This document shows positions 1 through 10,296 of a stretch of DNA of 20,000 bases, piece by piece. The position numbers and the translations under genes were made by a program. The stretch lies in assembly GCA_022813965.1 (NCBI GenBank), contig JALDZS010000102.1, forward strand, positions 61,982-81,981, written 5' to 3'. The notes beneath the pieces were generated by a model that was given only the letters and a program-made list of their open reading frames with translations, searched no databases and had not been told where the DNA came from. Positions within the stretch are counted from its first letter, which is position 1, and each line of letters begins with the position of its first letter. The stretch is from Toensbergia leucococca. Lineage: Eukaryota.

Positions 1-1114
1 GACTGTGAAGGGGCTGTGGCAGTGAACGCTGCTTCTGTTGGGTCAGAAAGCTGAAACTTGGGTAAACGGAAGTTTTTAGATATCTATAAACATATCATTC
101 GTTTCAATGGCCTGTTGATCTTTCGATGGACATCCCCTCCGCGGAGCACCTGATTCAGGTCTTCAAACTTTCATTTTCAGCTCAGAAATCTCATCAACTC
201 CAACAGGGTCCTTTTCTTCTCCATGCACTTCTCAGCTCACCATCGCAGAGCTTCAGCACTTAAAAACAAAAAACCATATTCCACCCAACTTTGATCCCAT
301 CCACTCACTCCCCCCCCCCACTCTCCCAGCCCCAAAAAAGAAAACAAACCCCAACTGACCCCAAAACCCCCCTTGTCCTACACACCCCTCCCATCTCCCT
401 CCCCAATCAATCATCCCAACCCCCTTTCCCACCACCCAACACAAAACACGCACCTCGCCCTCCTCCCCCCCTCCTCAGTGTTAAAAAAGCCCCAACTCCC
501 CCCTTCCCGCAGCAGAGGTAGGTATCGAATCAGCAAGTCTCCCACCCACTCCTCCCTCCACCCCTTTCGAAAAAACAAGAAAATAAGACATAATCTCTCA
601 AAGTCAGGCTTACCAAAGTGTCAATTTCAGTTCCGGGGTTAAGTCAAGGGTGCTGTGCCATCTCTGTACTCGAATCCTCGCCTTTTGGGATTGTGTTCGC
701 TACTTACTCTGGCGTTGAGCTCTTGCTTGCTACTTTTCTTCTTTTCCCGCTTTTTCCTTTTTCCCAAATTCTGCCGGGGGGGGGAAGAGAGAGAGATGAT
801 TTATCTCGTCGGCAAGATTCGTGTCAGATATTGGTTTTTCTTTTGCTCTTGTTTTTGTGGAGAGGAGTTCCGGTACCGAGGGGGCTGGGGTTTGGCTAGA
901 TTTGGGATTTGAGCTTTGTTTCTTGGGTGGGTTGAGGTGCTTTTGGCTCTGTTGAGTTTGGGCTGTTTGTTGAGAGTGGCCGAGGGTCATTGGAGCGATG
1001 GGAGTTGTTGGGTGTTATGTTTGCGATATCTTTGGTTTTTGGAAATGCCCCTGAAATCGGGACCTCATCGTTTCATGGCTTGGGAGAGTTTCGTCTCTGG
1101 ACTGGGGGGCTTGT

Positions 1115-1132
1115 TGCTGCTGCTGCTGCTGC
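1115..1132. repeat. (TGC)6 / (GCA)6 microsatellite
   Basis: tgctgctgctgctgctgc read directly. Confidence 0.85.
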
Positions 1133-1299
1133 TTGATAATGGGACGATTGGGCTGATGGGAAGGGTGTGGCAGTAGACTTTTGTTGAAATTGGCGACGGC
1201 GTGGCTTCATTGAGAGGAAGCACAGTTTGGAATTTTGGGATATTTGATAGACTTCGGGTTCCGGTACCACTATCACAGGCCTCCGATGCCATCTCCACT

Positions 1300-2515
1300 T
1301 CAACACTGAAACGCCACGCCCTCTCTCTGCGCCATATTTTTCCCTCCGCCCGCAAAACCGGTCCCCTCGCTACCAATCTCCACCAAACCTGGCTTGAGCC
1401 TATCCCTCTCCTCCTTCCCTTCTTTCCCACTCTTCTTTCCGCCACCCTTATCCGTCAAGGCTGTGTCGCAGACGTAGCATTGCACGGCAGCAGCTTCTTG
1501 CTCCGAGTTGTTGTTCTTCGGAGCATGTGGATCGGAGAGAGGTTCCTTTGCAGGCGTCATGAATTTCCCCACGCAGGGTTTGCAGATTACGTGACCGCAG
1601 GGAATGGTGAGCATGGCTTTCAGACCGTTGCTTAGGCCCTTTTTGCAGGCGGGGCAGATGAGTAAGGGGGTATTGGATGCGGTTGAGGAGTTTGAGGTTG
1701 GGGAGCCAGAGGTGCTGAAGGTGATTGGGATAAGGGTTTTTAGGGAGAGAGGGTGTGTGGTTGTGGTGCTGGAGGCGGGGCAGAGAGGGTGGAGTTTTGG
1801 GGGTTTGAGAGAGGCGGATGTGGGGTTCGAGGATGGAGTGAGGGATGGGACCCAGAAGGAGGGGAGGGTCGGTTTGGAGGACTTTTGGAAGGGAGAGATT
1901 AGCTATGATAGCCTCGTAAAGATAGGGGGAAATGGAAGCACCTTCTCCTCATCTAGCGCCTTCCTTGCCTTCACCCTCTCTTCTTTCGCGTTCTTCAACA
2001 TCTCCTCTTCATCCAATTCGAACTTCCTTTTCGTACCCCTGCCCTCATTCTGCGCTGTCTCAACCTGCGGTCCACCCGCATTTCCATTCTTCTTCCGTCC
2101 CCCCTCCATTCCCATCATCACCCTTTCGAAATCCTCCACCGCTCTCCCCCTCTCCTCGTCACCCCTCTCCCTCTCACTCTCCTCCTCTTCCTTCCGCCGC
2201 CTCTCCTCCTCCTTCTCCAACCGCTTGATCTCCTTCCTCTGCGCCAGCAAGTTACTTACCGCGCATTCCCGGCAGAAGATATCGCCGTGCGAAGCACATG
2301 CTACGGGGTCACGGGCGATTTGGAGGCAGAGACGGCAGGATGCGAAAGGGAGAAAGGAGTCGCGGGAGAGACGGGTGGCTTGAGAGCCCCAGGTGGATTT
2401 TAGCAGGGAGCGCTCGTAGGCAGTGAAAAAGGCGAGGGAGGTGTTGCGTTTGCCTACCATTCTGTGAGTATACTGCTTAGAGATGTATGGGAGAGGACAG
2501 CTTACTATGAGACAT
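1300..2515 (-). CDS. NOSIP-like (nitric oxide synthase-interacting protein family) RING/U-box zinc-finger protein, ~367 aa, 3 exons: 2515-2506, 2453-1942, 1881-1300
   Basis: Two GT-AG introns (2505-2454, 1941-1882) join into one frame: MSHSKRNTSLAFFTAYER...RLSRDSFLPFASCRLCLQIARDPVAC..GDIFCREC...LPSFWVPSLTP...CGHVICKPC...CYVCD...EGTGFAGGG. The N-terminal RING-like unit, LPSFW motif, C-terminal RING and GTGFA motif are characteristic of this family. Exon sum 1104 nt. Confidence 0.88.
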
Positions 2516-2733
2516 TGGATAATTGAACCTCCTGCATTCAGCAGGGGGGTGTAATGAGAAAGGGGAGAGGGAGTTTTATTCCACCAGTGGCAGCATGACG
2601 TCGCAAATCGCGAAATTTACATTTTCAAATCAGCATCGCGTCTTCATGTCGAACACAGGAACTATGTTTTAGATCTCGAAATACTTTGCTTCTTCCTAAT
2701 CTACGGCCCGTGCAATAGCCCCGATCTCTCTCA
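2516..2733. promoter_or_regulatory. Short (218 bp) divergent intergenic region between the NOSIP-like gene and tafazzin; contains a CRE-like TGACGTC at 2596-2602
   Basis: Start codons at 2515 (-) and 2734 (+) point away from each other; the motif is read directly from the sequence, its function is inferred. Confidence 0.55.
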
Positions 2734-4052
2734 ATGGCAGCGCCCCCTTCTCCCACCCAACCTAGTCTGCCATGGCGAACAAGCTCTTCAATTGTGATGG
2801 GGGTGACAGGATGCATCTCGCGAGCCTTCATATTTGGCGCAAACAGCACAGAAGTGCATGGGCTTGACAATTTTCTCCAGCTACTAGACGAGAGGAAAGA
2901 CATAGAGGGAAGAACAAGGGGTTTACTTACTGGTGAGTTGGTTTTCCTGCCTACATATAGAAGAACAACAGTCTAATATCCCCAGTCTCGAATCACATCT
3001 GCGTGTACGTACGTATGACAGCTCCATAGTCTCAATTCCTCTCCACACCCCCATGCTGATTTCTCTCTCCCTCAGCATTGATGATCCTCTAATCTGGGGT
3101 ACTCTCCCCTTTCGCTATCACTTCAACCCGGCCAACCACCGATGGTCCCTCGCAAGTCACGATATCTGCTTCAACAACAAGTACGTCAATCCCCAATCGC
3201 TCTAACATGCTAACCCCATTAATCCTACTCAGACTCGTCTCCATCTTCTTCACCTTAGGCCAAGTCCTCCCAACCCACCGGCATGCCCACTCCCTTTACG
3301 GTGGCCTCTTCCAACCAACCATAACACAAGCGATCCGGCTCCTCTCCACCGGCCCCTTCAGCCCCACCACCAGCCCCGCAGCGAACCCATCCCCCGTCTC
3401 CCCCGACCTCACAGACCCCTTCACCTCCCCCACAACAACCACTTATACCTACAGCACAAATGGCCACGACACCTTCCCCACCCCCTCCGCCTACACCTCT
3501 CGGCGCTACTCCTGGCTTCACATCTTCCCCGAAGGTCGTATCCACCAACACCCCCAAAAAATAATGCGCTACTTCAAATGGGGCATCGCACGGCTTATCC
3601 TCGAACCAGAAGCTTGCCCAGACATCATTCCCATGTGGATCGAAGGCGCCGAGGAGATCATGCACGAATCCCGGCAATGGCCGCGCTTTGTACCACGTGC
3701 CAACGCACACTGCACTGTCACCTTTGGCGACAACGTCGGCGGCCATGATGATAGGAACTCGGTGTTCCACGAGCTGAGGCGGAAGTGGCGGGAGTTAGTT
3801 GAGGAGCAGAGGGAAAAAGGGGTGGAAGAGATGGAAATGGGAATGTTGAGCGAGGAGCTGAGATTTGGGGAAAGGGCGGTCCATTTGAGGATGGAGTGTG
3901 CGAGTAAGGTGAGGAGCGAGGTGTTGAAGGTGCGGAGGGGGAGGGGCTTGCCAGAGGAGGATCCGAAGGCGGGGCTTGTGGAGACATGGGTTGAGGAGGG
4001 AGGGAAGCACGAAGGGAGAATGCGGGACGGGAGTTGGGTGAGGGATGTATGA
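2734..4052 (+). CDS. TAZ1: Tafazzin (cardiolipin/phospholipid transacylase), ~380 aa, 4 exons: 2734-2932, 2986-3004, 3076-3180, 3233-4052
   Basis: GT-AG introns join to RGLLTVSNHICVIDDPLIWG (HX4D acyltransferase motif), RWSLASHDICF, FFTLGQVLP, WLHIFPEGRIHQ, MRYFKWGIARLILE. Exon sum 1143 nt. Confidence 0.95.
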
Positions 4053-4521
4053 GCGTTTCTGGGTGGTAAAGGATTAGTAAGGTGTTTGATTTGTTGAGCG
4101 AGCTTTGAAGACATTACAGAGATGAACTTTCTAGATATGCACAAACAAGAGATAATGTTCAAAGAATCGCGATTTCTTCGGACAACAGCCCGACGCGGCG
4201 ACGACGAACTTCAACTTCAACGCCCAGAAGTTTGAATCCATAAACTAAGACACCCCCCTCTGTCCGTGGGAAAAGAAATCCTTCGTTTCTAAGAAAGAAG
4301 AGAATTGATTTACAAATGAATCCATCCGAAAAAGCCGATCCATACCAACCCACGTAATCCCCCGAGTTTGCATACTCATGAAAACTCACCCATTGCCACG
4401 GGAAAAGTCCGAATCCAAACCTGCCCGTCCAAAACCCTCCCTTAATTCATCCCAGCCTCCCCCAACGCTAAAATCTCAGACCCCCTCCCCTTTCTTCAGA
4501 AACGCCTTCCCTCCCAACCTC

Positions 4522-5907
4522 CTAAACCTCCACCATTGCCACCAAAACCCTCATATAATCCCCACTCGTCTCACCCCTAATCCTTCCCACCAAATCCTTC
4601 CCAAATTTCGCCCGATAAGCTCTCCCAACCTGCGCCATGTGGCCCCGATCCCAATGCAGCGCCACCACACGCCGGACAAGCATCTCGTCCTTGGTGCCCA
4701 TGCCCTTCATCGTTTCTTCCAAAGCCACGGCGTCGCGCATGACTCGGTCCGTCGCAGTTCTCATAATTTGCACAAGGGTGTCTTTCATGTGGCCGGAGAA
4801 TTGCTTCTGAATGACTTTTTCGAGGGCGGTGCGATAGGTTTGGTCGTATTGGTGGGCGATGGCGCGGAGGTGGCCGTCGTTGCGGTTGGTGAGGATGGAG
4901 CAGGCGATTAGTTGGTCGGTGCCGGCTTTGCCCTCTATGGCGCGGTGGAGCTCCGTGACGTCCGCCTGAACTTGTTGTTGGATGAAGGGGGCCGAGTCTT
5001 CTTGCCGGGTGGCTGCGAGGATCATGGCGAAGAGGCGTTCGGTTTTGGCGGAGAGGTCTTGGCGGACGTCGGTGTCGAGGGATCGCTTGTAGGTGTGCTG
5101 GTAGGCGGATTTGATGGCGTGCATGTCTGCGTTGCTGCGAGCGACGAGGACGTCGTTAAGGAGGGCTTCGTTGGTGCCGGCGCCTTTGAGAGCTTTGTTC
5201 AAGGAATAGACATCGTCTTGCAAAGGTCCGCGCAGGATGGAGAGAAGGGCGAGGCGGAAGTGAGAGGAGGTTTCCTTCTCGATGTCGGATTCAAGGGAGC
5301 GATGGTGGCGGGCTTGGTAGGTTTGTTTGAGGTGCGAGACTTCGGTTGCGGGGATGTGGGCTAGGAGCCCAATGAGGATGGCTTCGTCTGTGCCGATACC
5401 TTTCATAGCTTTGCGGAGGGCGTCGGCTGTGGAGGCGAGGTCGGATTGCGGGTACTGAGTGGGTGTATAGCCTGAAGTCGGGGGTGTGGGCATAGTGGGA
5501 GGTGCGCCGTAGGGTTGTTGGGGTGGGCCACCGTAAGGGGGTGCACCATTGGGAGGTCCACCATACGGGGGTGCACCATACGGGGATGCAGCATTGGGAG
5601 GTGCACCATACGGGGATGCAATATTGGGAGGTGCGCCATATGGTTGCGGAGAGGCTCCGCCGTAAGCGGCTCCACCATAGGGCTGTTGTGGAGGCGGCTG
5701 GTTATGTCGACCTTGTTGTGGGTAACCTTGAAAAGGACCTTGATTAGGAGGGATTGGGCCGTAGCTTGGATGTTGCGGGTATGGTGAATGTGATTGAGGT
5801 GGAGGGAAAGAGGGATTATAACCCTGGTATTGCGGATATGGGGACTGACTTTGGGGTTGACCGTAAGCCTGACCGTAGCCGCTTTGTGGTGGTGGATAAG
5901 CCATCAC
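4522..5907 (-). CDS. Fungal annexin with long P/G/Y/Q-rich N-terminal tail, 461 aa, apparently intronless
   Basis: Four annexin repeats: KAMKGIGTDE..IEKETS, KALKGAGTNE..VRQDLS, RAIEGKAGTD..IQKQFSGH, ETMKGMGTKDE..IRGETSGDY. Confidence 0.95.
   Translation of the reverse strand: MMAYPPPQSGYGQAYGQPQSQSPYPQYQGYNPSFPPPQSHSPYPQHPSYGPIPPNQGPFQGYPQQGRHNQPPPQQPYGGAAYGGASPQPYGAPPNIASPYGAPPNAASPYGAPPYGGPPNGAPPYGGPPQQPYGAPPTMPTPPTSGYTPTQYPQSDLASTADALRKAMKGIGTDEAILIGLLAHIPATEVSHLKQTYQARHHRSLESDIEKETSSHFRLALLSILRGPLQDDVYSLNKALKGAGTNEALLNDVLVARSNADMHAIKSAYQHTYKRSLDTDVRQDLSAKTERLFAMILAATRQEDSAPFIQQQVQADVTELHRAIEGKAGTDQLIACSILTNRNDGHLRAIAHQYDQTYRTALEKVIQKQFSGHMKDTLVQIMRTATDRVMRDAVALEETMKGMGTKDEMLVRRVVALHWDRGHMAQVGRAYRAKFGKDLVGRIRGETSGDYMRVLVAMVEV
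5520..5645 (-). repeat. Coding minisatellite (30-bp unit with 15-bp sub-period) encoding YGAPP/YGGPP repeats in the annexin N-tail
   Basis: gtgcaccatacggggatgcagcattgggag (5571-5600) and gtgcaccatacggggatgcaatattgggag (5601-5630) differ at 2 positions; degenerate copies flank them on both sides. Confidence 0.85.
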
Positions 5908-6496
5908 TGATATCCTTGGATCGAAGATCTGTGCTTAGAATGAAAGTGCGTTCTTGAGGTTGAGATGTGTTTGAGATAGAGATGGTCTATCGTATGGAGA
6001 GAATCAATAGAAGAATCAAAGTGAGAGATATATGTAGTGAGTATCAATGGAAGAATCGAAACGACTAAGTATTCGTTGCAATTACAGTTCTTCAGTGGCG
6101 GAGTAGACACAAAGCTTTGACGTACCACTTGCTTCGAGATGGGCCAAAGTTTGTTAGGAGCAGATAGATTGCTAAGGTTACTCCATCTGCGTCATATCAA
6201 GATGCCTTGCAGGGCTAAGCTCATGGCGCAGCATTAGCGATGCAGATCATCATGATATGGCTGTGGTTGTCAAGCCACTCCGCCACCTTTTGTTGAAGCT
6301 AAGCTCTCGCTTCCGACTTCCAAGCTTAGGGTTGTACCCCTTGTCTTGGGGTCGTGATCTATCAAGCCTTTGTATTGAGCCCTCTAATTAAGAATTGCTA
6401 TCTCTTATATCTACTTTTCCAACCATCACTGCGAAGAACAAGGTTCAAAATACAGATTGGGGGATTAATTTTATTGTTGACAGACGACATCCAAAC

Positions 6497-8746
6497 TTAG
6501 GTAAATGCGCTCTGAACTGAACCGTATCTGTTCACAGAATAGTCAGCTACATCATCCATAACTTCCAAAGTTGATAGCCTACCCTGGAAGACACTTAACT
6601 CCCAACGCCACACTTCCGCTCCTCATATAACATATCTTAGCTGTTGCACAAGCATCATTGGTGCAGTTTGGAGTTTTAACGGAGCTCTTTCCTTCATAGA
6701 TATTGAACGTTGAAACAAGTGAGTGGTTCGCCTCCATTGCTTCAGTAACAATGTGCCAATAAGTAGCGTTGAGTGGGTAGTCTTTTGGCCAGCCTATATC
6801 ATACGTGTCTCGAGTGGAGTACTCAAACTGGTATGTTGGTCCTGTAGTGGAAGCATTCAGGTGACCAAAGCTTGAAACGTCCGAGTACCATGTATAGGCT
6901 TCATATATGTCAAAGGAGCCAGTATCAACTTCATACATACGGAAGCCGCTATTCAAGTTCGTTAACGGTGTGACGCTCGGACCTATCCAACCCGTAGTAA
7001 GAGCATTGGCAGATGTCTGCACCGTTCCGTTATTTGCATAGTAGATCATGAATTGGTCTTCATGCTATTTTATGTCAGTTAAAATGGACATGAGACTGGA
7101 CGTACTTAACATACCGTGTGCCCAAAGAATATGTTCGCAATTACGTGAGGGCTATACCGGTCAACGATTTGATAAAATAGATCAGTCGGATTGGGAAGAG
7201 GGTTGGTACTATAATTTGCGTCAGCTAGGATCTTGGTGGCGTTTGATAGAAATACTCGCCCATCCCAACCCGTAAGGACATGTGCAATGATCCACACTCT
7301 CTCATGCGCGTCTTCGGCAGCTTGCAGCTCTTGTATCATGAAGCTGAATATGCCAGAGGTATCAGGGTCGGTCGTGTTTATGAAATTAAAATAGTTGCTC
7401 TTGTACCAGAAATCTGAGTTCAATGTGATGATACGAAGACCGTATTGATTCAATGTCGAGTAAGCTCCGTAGTGAAGCCTTGCTTGGCTTGCCACGGAAG
7501 GCTTGATCCACCCATCTAGTTGCCAGAGGGATGACACGTGGTCGTAATTCCAGCTAAATTGTTGGCCAAGCGGCCCTGGAAGACTATGTGGTCCGTCAAT
7601 GGCCTCAGGGTTGGTATCATGATTACCAAGAACAGGAAAGACTGGCCCCCCACCAAGGTAACTTTTGAATAAATCATAGACACTCGTCTCCGCGTATTCA
7701 GTGTACGCACGGGACAGTTGGTTCTGAGAATCGTGACTGACCAAATCCCCTGTATAGATAGTCCAAGCAAAGGAAGAATTGCTACTATCTGTGCCTGTCA
7801 AAGGTGAAATTGCCTGAAGTGTAGCCAATGCAAGGTAGTAAGGCGTATCACATTTGTAAGCTCCATACAGTGGCGCAGGGAGAGCTATCTGGCCCAAGCT
7901 CAGTGCAGAGTTTGCAACATTTGTGCGGCAACAAAGGGATGAAGAGCAATTGGCCTCGGACTCAGCAGAGTACCTAGGATCAAGGTGAAAATCGGACAAG
8001 TGAAGGACCTTGACGCGTTTTCCACTGGCTGCAGGTGCTTTAAACTTTGCAGGTTTTGGTTTTGAAAACAGGCTGGTGACATTAAGAGGTGATGTAGTCG
8101 GAGCCGGGCAGAAGGTTTTGCTCAAAGAATTACAGATGTAATGACCATCAAGGCCGCTGACGTTTGCAAATGCCAAGACCTGCGCCCAAATAGCGCCATA
8201 ACTTCCGGCCTCGTAGGTGTGCACACAAGTTGCGTTTGAGTCGAATTGATATGTCTCACAGAGACTGACTAGTAGACCAGGGACACTTTCCGGTGTGATT
8301 TGAGCAACATATTTTGCAGCTTCCAGTGCAGCTATGCACTTGGAGCAATTGCCGACAATATTACTGCTTTCAATGATAGCTGCTATCTGTAAAGTGGCAT
8401 TCTTCACAGTGGCTTGAGCTGCAGCTAGGGAGAGGTTGGCAGTGGCATGGGGATAGAAGACAGGATCAGTATCATTGGTCGGAATAGTGTTCGGATCGGT
8501 CAGGTTGAGTGGGAAAGTGATGTTGAGGACTGGATCGTGGATAGCTGGCTGAGGTTCCTGCGTCGGCACAGGCTTCAGGTAATATGAGGAGAAGGCCGAG
8601 ATTGGAAAGCCTGCAGTCACGACATACGATGATGCTCCAGGTAATGTGTCATTAGAAGACTGAGCTGCTCCAGTTGTTGCCAGAAGTGACAAGCACGATG
8701 CAATGGTGAAGCCAATAAGCTTCGGCATCCTCATTGATAGCTGCAT
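6497..8746 (-). CDS. Secreted acid sphingomyelinase-like metallophosphoesterase (SMPD1 family), up to ~697 aa, 4 exons: 8746-7260, 7208-7115, 7064-6583, 6527-6497; true start may be 8734 or 8728
   Basis: Signal-peptide-like N-terminus, saposin-like Cys pattern (CSKC..C..C..C..C), metal ligand motifs SDFHLD, TGDLVSH, GNHD, AHV, GHTHED, and C-terminal C..KICYMRSGS. Intron 1 is GC-AG; introns 2 and 3 are GT-AG. Exon sum 2094 nt. Confidence 0.92.
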
Positions 8747-10145
8747 CGGACTTGGATTTATTGATGATCAGCGATGCAGCAAATGGAGGGTGGTCAACAA
8801 AGGCTGGTCTCCTCCAAGAGCCTGCCATGTTGACTTTATACGGACGTATCATGGTGGTTCTGATGTAATTTGAAGTATGGGGAGCTGCACTTTCCCAAAG
8901 TCCAACCAATCGGTGACTATCTCGACACCACGCGTACGAGTAGATGTTGTACCTGTACCTCTCGACCTGACTAGACCCAATATCGACTAGGGACAACGCT
9001 TATCTTCAACCTCATCAAGTCCTCGATTGTCATTTTTAACAGATTAATACTGGGTACGAACAACCTTTTGAGCTTTTGCAAGCCTCTCGAAGATAGGTCT
9101 GCTCTTCTCATGTTGCCATAGCATCTAGACCTAAGTCTTCACTTGTCATACCTATGTCATCCCTACACCTACAGGTTAATTGTCTACAAACGAGGACTTC
9201 TTCACTTCAGAGTCATCCTCCACGCCACATCATGATTTAGATTCGCCTTTGTTAGTGAGACTTCTTGGACACTTTCGTTGGTGAAATATAATTCTTGCTC
9301 ATTCTCCTTCCTAATCCCTTCCATTTCCTGAGCACTAGTCAAGTGTTTTCGAAGATTTCTTTGCAGTACACTCGGAGGACCGCAAATCTTCTTGGGACCG
9401 TTCATGTCTCGCAAGGGTCTACAAAATCTGGTTTTAATTTCCCACTGCCCTTTATCAGCTTGGGCGCCCCGGAAGCCCCGTGGAATCAGTACCATTGCCG
9501 ATCCGCCAGCTCGCATATTTGAAGCCTGGCTACAACCTGCTATGTCTCTCCGTGGAGGACTAGAGCCTCCCACGTCTGTGACAGTCTGAGGAAGTGCTTT
9601 TTCCAACCGTCTAAATGCCATCAAGACCTTGAAGTGGTAATTGTTGGTGGAAAACGTCCGAACAAGTACTACGTGGTAGACACGATAGAAACTCCCGTCT
9701 GATTTGGCAAGGCTTTGATCTCAAGACATCAGTGCGAGGTAACTTCTCTTCTTGACCGTATTGTCAGAACAGTCCTTGAGGACCTTCATTCCAAGTTGCA
9801 TATGGTCATCCAAGGTGAAGCATAGACCATCTCAGCTTGTAAAATATCTCCAAACCTTAAACGCAGTCTCAGTCATCTAGTCACTCATTTCAATTTACCT
9901 AGAGGTTGGACACTTATCTCTTCTTGAAGAACGTATCAGTCTGCATTCTGCTAGGATGGCCCCAACAAATCGCAACCCAGTCAAGTGCACTGTCCTTGAG
10001 TGATCAGAGTTCATCATATTAGTATTTGATTCAAGTAGACCATCTGTGTACACGATCCTTGATGCATATGTGCTCGGTAAAGCTGAGGTGCTAAACGGCT
10101 ACCGGCCCCGGTGCAGGGAAGAGGAAAAAAGCACATGCCCTAAGG

Positions 10146-10156
10146 TATATATATAA
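10146..10156 (+). promoter_or_regulatory. TATA box upstream of the PEBP-like gene
   Basis: TATATATATAA about 140 bp upstream of ATG 10297, followed by a pyrimidine-rich tract typical of fungal core promoters. Confidence 0.6.
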
Positions 10157-10296
10157 TCGTCAAATTTCTCCTCTTTCATGCTATCTCATCTCATCTCAAC
10201 TCTCCTGCCTTCGACTCAAATCTCCAATACGAACGTACCACTACTATCCATTGTCATCTGCCTACCTAAATCCACTTACAACCTCTTGTCCTAGCC

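Noticed and set aside
253..1176. Several 66-93 aa ORFs and a poly-Gln/Ala/Ser stretch
   Set aside because: Low-complexity translations of C-rich or G-rich DNA and a microsatellite; no motif or consistent exon chain. An orphan gene cannot be fully excluded.
867..1268. 11-bp direct repeat GTTCCGGTACC at 867-877 and 1258-1268
   Set aside because: Flanks do not extend and there are no terminal inverted repeats; compatible with chance.
1604..5364. Long antisense or alternate-frame ORFs (1604-2383, 3255-3770, 3569-4162, 4378-4911, 4912-5364)
   Set aside because: They overlap well-supported genes on the opposite strand, are low complexity, and are explained by skewed, stop-poor composition.
5520..5645. 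Regularly spaced repeats superficially like a CRISPR array
   Set aside because: No unique spacers, eukaryotic context, and the repeats encode the annexin YGAPP tail.
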